In this document: in pieces, positions 58,848 through 64,000 of the stretch
How positions within the stretch are numbered: position 1 is the first letter of the stretch
How the letters are laid out: each line of letters begins with the position of its first letter
DNA from: an uncultured Flavobacteriales bacterium
GTDB lineage: Bacteria; Bacteroidota; Bacteroidia; Flavobacteriales; UBA1820
Assembly: GCA_938023515.1 (NCBI GenBank)
Contig: CALJDR010000053.1
Coordinates: 28,331 to 92,330, forward strand
Length of the DNA stretch: 64,000 nt
Direction of reading: 5' to 3'
Notes under the pieces: generated by a model
What the model was told of the DNA's origin: nothing
The model's input: only the letters and a program-made list of their open reading frames with translations
Database searches by the model: none
Made by a program: the position numbers and the translations under genes

Positions 58848-60266
58848 ATGAAAAGATATTTATTCATAATCCTCTCGCTGCTTCTCACGGTTGACGCATG
58901 GGCCGGAGAGGCCGTCGGGGTGGTCATAGAAAATGTCCGTGTCCGGAAAACCGGGGAAACCGTAGTGGTATCCCTGGACGTGAACGCGGAAAAACTCAAA
59001 CGAAATTATAAAGCCATCATAACGCCCGTATTGCACAACGGGGTAAACCGTCAACAGTTGGAAGAGATCATCGTGGCGGGACGTCGGCGCGATCTGTACG
59101 AAATTCGAAACCGGACAGCGGGGAAGTCCGGCTACGTCATCAAAAAAGGCAACCCGAAGATCATCCGCTACCAGGCAGAGGTTCCTTATCGGGAATGGAT
59201 GCATACCGTATCGCTTTCGGTTGATATCGATACTCAGGGGTGTAACTGCGAAAATGATCTGCCCGGCGAACTACTTGCCGCCGACAAGTTGCTGTATTAC
59301 CCGATAGATCCGGCGTATAATAAAAAGATGCTCGAATATCGATTGACTGACCTCGAAAAATATTCACTCGAAAACCCCTTCCTGCACCCGGTGGAAGATT
59401 ACCCCGAACGTTACAATATCCTGTTTAATGAACGGGATAAAGGTACAGCCGTTATTCGCTTTACCGTAGGATCGCACAAGATCGACATGAACATCGACGG
59501 CAACCGGGAATTGCTCGATGCAGTAGGGCAGGCTTTCCGCCTGATCGAACAAGATCCGAACGCCACCCTCAAACAAATCATGATAGCCGGTTATGCCTCG
59601 CCGGAAGGTACTTTGGCCGGCAATACGGCCTTGGCGCAAAGACGGGCGGAATCGTTTAAAAAATACCTGGTCGATCATCTCAACATACCAGCCGATAAAA
59701 ATTTATTCGAACTGTATAATGGGCGGGAAGACTGGAACGGCCTGCGTAAACTGGTCGCAGCATCTGATATGGAATACCGTCAGGAAGTGTTGGATATCAT
59801 TGATGCTTATACGATCGATCAGGAAATCCGCAAGAACAAGCTAAAACAGCTCGATGGAGGGAGGCCGTATGCCTATATGCTGAAAAACTTCTATCCCTCT
59901 CTGCGGAATGCCGGTTACCTGCAGGTTTATTACGACATTGACCGTACAGCCTCTATTGCCACCGCCGTTACAGATGAAAACGGCCGTACCACTTGGGTAG
60001 ATCCCGACAGCCCTGAAAACATTGGGGTAACCCGGATCAACCAAGCCATCCGGTCGATGATGGATGGAGATTACGAAAGTGCATTGCAGGCGCTCAAAAG
60101 CCAACAAGATAATCCCGAAGCATTCAATTATATCGGGGTGTGCTATATGATGAAAGGTGATTATGAACGAGCCGAGACTTTTTTCCGAAAGGCAGAAGCG
60201 GCAGGTGATGTTCATGCGCCGGTGAACCTCGGACATATCCGACAGGCTAAAAGGGTTGAACTTTAG
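58848..60266 (+). CDS. DUF3868-like / OmpA-domain protein with a C-terminal TPR-like segment
   Basis: Signal peptide MKRYLFIILSLLLTVDAWA. OmpA-like peptidoglycan-binding core (IAGYASPEGTLAGNTALAQRRAESFKKYL). TPR-like tail (NYIGVCYMMKGDYERAETFFRKA). The internal ATG at 58848 is preferred over the ORF start at 58659. Confidence 0.55.
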   Translation: MKRYLFIILSLLLTVDAWAGEAVGVVIENVRVRKTGETVVVSLDVNAEKLKRNYKAIITPVLHNGVNRQQLEEIIVAGRRRDLYEIRNRTAGKSGYVIKKGNPKIIRYQAEVPYREWMHTVSLSVDIDTQGCNCENDLPGELLAADKLLYYPIDPAYNKKMLEYRLTDLEKYSLENPFLHPVEDYPERYNILFNERDKGTAVIRFTVGSHKIDMNIDGNRELLDAVGQAFRLIEQDPNATLKQIMIAGYASPEGTLAGNTALAQRRAESFKKYLVDHLNIPADKNLFELYNGREDWNGLRKLVAASDMEYRQEVLDIIDAYTIDQEIRKNKLKQLDGGRPYAYMLKNFYPSLRNAGYLQVYYDIDRTASIATAVTDENGRTTWVDPDSPENIGVTRINQAIRSMMDGDYESALQALKSQQDNPEAFNYIGVCYMMKGDYERAETFFRKAEAAGDVHAPVNLGHIRQAKRVEL

Positions 60267-60291
60267 CTTATTCTTCCCAAAACAAATTAAA

Positions 60292-60320
60292 AGCTTGCTA
60301 CTTATGTAGCAGGCTTTTTT
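60292..60320 (+). terminator. rho-independent terminator ending the pilus operon
   Basis: 10-bp stem agcttgctac/gtagcaggct (one G-U pair), loop ttat, then T6. Confidence 0.65.
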
Positions 60321-60601
60321 ATTTCACCGAAAATAAGGCTGGAAAACTCACTGCTGTTTTTCAGTATAAACGGATTAAAATATACTTTATTAACGACCGT
60401 TTATTTATTATTCATACTACAAAAATACAAAGAGGGCAGCAAATAAACAATAAATAAGCTCGTAATAACTAAGTTACAAACTATTTCTGTCATAATTATC
60501 TTATAAAAAAGCCCCCGGAAAGACCTTCTGTTTTAAACGGTCGTTTTTTACTGACAGTAAAGAAAGACCGGATTACCCGGAACCTATATATAACATGATT
60601 A

Positions 60602-61183
60602 TTGGCTAAGCTGAAAAACAAACTGTCTCTTGAGAATGGGGAGATCCCCGTAGAGCAACTCGAAGCCCTGCGCCGAGGCGATCATCAGGCGTATAAAGCG
60701 GTGTATATGTATTACCGAGGCCCTATACAGCACTTTTTATACGGGTTGTTGCGTTCTCGCGAGGAAGCCGAGGAAATCTCACAACATGTCTTTCTGGTCC
60801 TGTGGGAGAAGCGGGGCAGCCTCGATGTTTCGAAGAATATCCGGACATTATTGTACACCATCGCGCGGAATGCCGTGATGAACCTGTATAAACGGTTGTC
60901 GGTCATTGATAAATACCAAAAAAACCAGGATACGGACGAACGGGACCATCAAACGGCCGAGGATATCCTGATTGCCCGTGAGGACGAATTATTGATGGAT
61001 TCGGTGGTGAAAAAATTGGCGCCTATGCAACAAAAGGTGTTCGAAATGATCCGTAAGGATAATTTGTCTCATGATGAGATTGCCGAACGGCTGAATATTT
61101 CGAAACAAAATGTCGCCAATCATCTGTCTCAGGCTCTTAAAAAGATGAAACAGGCTTTTTGTTTGCCGAATCCCTGCATCTGA
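60602..61183 (+). CDS. ECF-type RNA polymerase sigma-70 family factor
   Basis: Region 2 (YKAVYMYYRGPIQHFLYGLL...AEEISQHVFLVLWEKR) and region 4 HTH (LSHDEIAERLNISKQNVANHLSQALKKM). TTG start. Confidence 0.75.
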   Translation: MAKLKNKLSLENGEIPVEQLEALRRGDHQAYKAVYMYYRGPIQHFLYGLLRSREEAEEISQHVFLVLWEKRGSLDVSKNIRTLLYTIARNAVMNLYKRLSVIDKYQKNQDTDERDHQTAEDILIAREDELLMDSVVKKLAPMQQKVFEMIRKDNLSHDEIAERLNISKQNVANHLSQALKKMKQAFCLPNPCI

Positions 61184-61870
61184 CGGGTTATTTTCGATAG
61201 AGGATCGGGAGCGGTAGTTGATGCAATTACAAGGGGTATCGGGGAATGGCATAAAAGATGTTGCCATTTTTTGTTTTTTAATGGGATCATAGCCTGTCGC
61301 GAAACTATGGTCCGGCTTTAGCACCCGGTGTATCTGCTTAGAGTAGAGTTGTTGTTTTAGGTATGACGGGAGGAACCGCTTTCAGCGGTTTCCTTTTTTA
61401 TGCATTTTTTAGCGGATTTATCGGTTATGATTGGTTTTCTTATCCGGGCATGTTATAAATACGGATATTCACGTCTGGTATATTGGGCAATTCTAATCTT
61501 TTTTGAAGATTGGATTTATATGTTTGGAAGTAAAATTCCCTCAGTGCAGTAGTATCTTTTCCTGAAAATGCCGATAAGGTGTAAGCACAATGGATTTGAG
61601 GACCTTCAATTAAAGCATTCTGTTTATAAAATAGAGGAAATTCCGGGTTACAATTAAAAATGTAAACCGGGATTTCCTCTCCATACATTGTTTAGGCCTA
61701 TGTAAATATCCTCTTCAAGCGTAATACCGCTTCGGACCATAAATGTGCGGCCGTTCTTTATGAAGGCTTTTTGGGCCAAGCCGATAAATTGTCCGAAATC
61801 CGTATAGAATGAAGGTACAATATAGGTAGGATGGGATTCCTTTTACGCATTCTTTCGAATAGTTCATCGA

Positions 61871-62896
61871 TTATTTTAGATGATCTTTAAAGAAGGACTC
61901 CAGTTTATTGAACGGGATGAGGTCGGTCCGGTCGTACAGGTCGACATGGCCGGCTCCCGGTACGATATAGAGTTCTTTCGGTTCGGCGGCACGCCGGTAG
62001 GCATCCTCGCTGAAATAACGGGAATGGGCCGTTTCGCCGGCGATGAGCAGGACGGGCCGGGGAGAGATCATTTCGATAAGCTCGAACGGGAAATAGAGCA
62101 TAAAGGCCGGAGTGCTGTTTGCCGATGTGTAAGTAGTAACTCTCGGGTGCTGTCCGCGGGGTGTCCGGTAATAGTCGAAAAACTCGCGGGCGACAGGGTC
62201 GCTGTTTTCATCGATGGACTCCGGCGTGCCTTTCCGGTATTCGGTCGGGGCCCCTTCGAACTCCCGCCAACGCTGCTCGGCGATCTCTTTAAGGATTGCT
62301 TTGCGCTGTTCCATCGAGACCACATCGTTCAGCCCCTGTCGGGTGGCACGGCCCATATCGTACATGCTGACCGTAGCCAGGGCTTTTATACGCGGGTCGA
62401 CGGAGGCCGCACTGATCGAAAACCCGCCGCTGCCGCATATACCGATCACTCCGATCTGTTCCCGGTCGACGAACGGGCGCGTACCGATAAAGTCTACGGC
62501 TGCGCTGAAATCTTCCGCAAATCCTTCGGGGGAGGCGGCGTTGTGAGGCTGGCCGCCGCTCTCACCGTACCGGGAAAGGTCGAACGCCAGGGTGACGAAT
62601 CCCCGTTCGGCCAAAGTCTGGGCGTAAAGGCCGGAACTTTGCTCTTTCGAGCCTCCGAACGGATGGCCGACGATAATGGCTGCGTGTTTTTTACTCATAT
62701 CCATGCCTTTGGGATAATATAGATCCCCGATGAGGTTTACCCCCAGGCGGTTGTAAAACGAGATCCGTTGAGTCTCTACTTTGTCGCTGGCAGGGAAGGT
62801 CTTCCGGTTCAGGTCTTGTGCTACGGTTACATTCTGTGTTTGTCCCATGATGATTCCACTTAAAAGAGTTAATACGGTTAATGCGATTCTTTTCAT
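61871..62896 (-). CDS. secreted alpha/beta-fold hydrolase
   Basis: Signal peptide. Nucleophile elbow GICGSGG, with Cys in place of Ser as in dienelactone-hydrolase-like enzymes. C-terminal GAGHVDLY histidine motif. Confidence 0.65.
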   Translation of the reverse strand: MKRIALTVLTLLSGIIMGQTQNVTVAQDLNRKTFPASDKVETQRISFYNRLGVNLIGDLYYPKGMDMSKKHAAIIVGHPFGGSKEQSSGLYAQTLAERGFVTLAFDLSRYGESGGQPHNAASPEGFAEDFSAAVDFIGTRPFVDREQIGVIGICGSGGFSISAASVDPRIKALATVSMYDMGRATRQGLNDVVSMEQRKAILKEIAEQRWREFEGAPTEYRKGTPESIDENSDPVAREFFDYYRTPRGQHPRVTTYTSANSTPAFMLYFPFELIEMISPRPVLLIAGETAHSRYFSEDAYRRAAEPKELYIVPGAGHVDLYDRTDLIPFNKLESFFKDHLK

Positions 62897-63025
62897 ATCA
62901 TTTATGTTTTGGTTGCGATGTACGGTTTCCGTACAGGCAAAGTAAAAGCAAAAGCCCCGCAGCGGTTTTGCTGCGGGGCTCGGATTTTCTTTTTGTGAGG
63001 CTCAATTTCTAAGCCTGCGGGGATT

Positions 63026-63865
63026 TCAGACGGCGGTAGGAGGGACGCCGTATTGCCTTTTGAAAGCGGTAGTGAAATGCGAGGGATTTTTGAACCCCAC
63101 TTCTACATATACGTCCTGGACTTTTTTGCCGCCCTCTTTCATCTTTTCGTAGGCCGCCTCCAAGCGTTTCTGTATCAGCCATTTTTGGGGGGTGAGGTCG
63201 CTGACCTTTTTAAAGTCCCGTTTGAAAGTAGCCAGGCTGCGACCTGTGAAATTGGCTAACTCTTCGAGGCTGAATTCATACATATAGTTCTGGCTGAGGA
63301 AATCGAGGATATCGATCTTCCAGGGTTCGCTGAAATCGAAGAGAGTGGGGGCAAACCTTTCGTCGATGTCGAGCAGTATCATCAGCCCTTCCTGGAGTTT
63401 GAGGTTCATCAGGCCTTCTTTCGGTTTGACTTCCGACGAAAAATAAGGAATCATAGAGCTGAACAGGCTTTCGATCTCCGCCGTTTGCGGGAGTTTCAGC
63501 ATACTGGTTTTGAGTTTCGGGGTATCTGCCGGGACCCGGCCTTGTTCGAGTTTCTGGAACATTTCCCGCAGGAAATTCCGGGAGAACGAGAGAAAAATGC
63601 CCCAATACTGTTCCCCGTCTACCGGTTTTTTGTGGATCGTTACGCGGTGGTCGCGGCGGATGAATACGCTCTCTCCTTTGCGGACATGGATTTTCTTTTT
63701 CCCGTCGTCCACGATCATTTCCCCGGAATATACGTAGTTGATGGCATGGTTGCGGGACTGGTGGGCGCATCCTATCTCGTCGTTGAAGAAACAACTGAAG
63801 AATACATCGGAATAGTGGAACCGCGTTTCCCCGCCGTAGGCCTGTACTTTATCTTCCTGTGACAT
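63026..63865 (-). CDS. AraC-family transcriptional regulator (cupin sensor plus HTH)
   Basis: The C-terminal double HTH (LEELANFTGRSLATFKRDFKK....TPQKWLIQKRLEAA......V.DVYVEVGFKNPSHFTTAFKRQYGVPP) is canonical AraC. Confidence 0.85.
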   Translation of the reverse strand: MSQEDKVQAYGGETRFHYSDVFFSCFFNDEIGCAHQSRNHAINYVYSGEMIVDDGKKKIHVRKGESVFIRRDHRVTIHKKPVDGEQYWGIFLSFSRNFLREMFQKLEQGRVPADTPKLKTSMLKLPQTAEIESLFSSMIPYFSSEVKPKEGLMNLKLQEGLMILLDIDERFAPTLFDFSEPWKIDILDFLSQNYMYEFSLEELANFTGRSLATFKRDFKKVSDLTPQKWLIQKRLEAAYEKMKEGGKKVQDVYVEVGFKNPSHFTTAFKRQYGVPPTAV

Positions 63866-64000
63866 AGCTTTAAATGTAAACTTTATTTATACAAATATAA
63901 TGGAAAAAGCGACGGATTTTATTGCTTTACGGCTCAAACTTTCTTTCCCGAAAGTTCATTTTGTCATAAACGGATCTTTAGAGCATGCCGGCTCGGGTTT

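Noticed and set aside
1-64000. CRISPR arrays, rRNA genes, and IS elements with transposase genes.
   Set aside because: I noticed no regularly spaced direct repeats, no rRNA-like sequence and no transposase-like ORF anywhere in the window.

Overview
This 64-kb window looks like a Bacteroidales (Bacteroidota) chromosome segment. The evidence is lipoprotein-type (type V) pilin genes, DUF3575/DUF3868-like neighbours, Bacteroides-style tyrosine integrases and about 55-60% GC in the housekeeping genes. All calls come from reading the supplied translations and the DNA; no database search was possible.

Core content:
- a partial GH18 gene, poxB, and a secreted GH16 glucanase
- two tandem paralogous PAS hybrid sensor kinases; the second is split by an 8-bp tandem duplication
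- a cobalamin riboswitch in front of nrdD-nrdG, followed by a VOC/glyoxalase gene
- a PLP-dependent decarboxylase, purE and purK (separated by a secreted HExxH protein), lepA and dedA
- a 12-kb ilvD-ilvB-ilvN-ilvC-leuA-leuC-leuD-leuB-ilvA super-operon, preceded by a Val/Leu/Ile-rich leader peptide with alternative hairpins (attenuator)

Accessory content:
- (i) A decayed low-GC islet lies 3' of tRNA-Phe. It holds a 5'-truncated, frameshifted m5C methyltransferase, an overlapping vsr pseudogene and another frameshifted gene.
- (ii) A roughly 14-kb low-GC island lies 3' of tRNA-Gly(CCC). It holds two intact integrases and two integrase fragments, a complete type I R-M system (hsdRSM), an Xis-like HTH gene, a degraded AbiE toxin-antitoxin pair, an orphan tRNA-Ser 3' fragment, an XRE module, and an overlapping SRA(YDG)-HNH plus Nudix gene pair.
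- (iii) A 10-kb type V (Mfa-like) pilus operon has five lipoprotein pilins, one carrying a DUF1566-like lectin domain, plus DUF3575-like and DUF3868/OmpA-like genes.
- After the operon come an ECF sigma factor, an alpha/beta hydrolase and an AraC regulator.

The most interesting candidate is the SRA-HNH/Nudix operon. I propose it is a methyl-cytosine-dependent restriction module with a nucleotide-pool sanitiser, and it sits in the same window as a dead Dcm-Vsr module.
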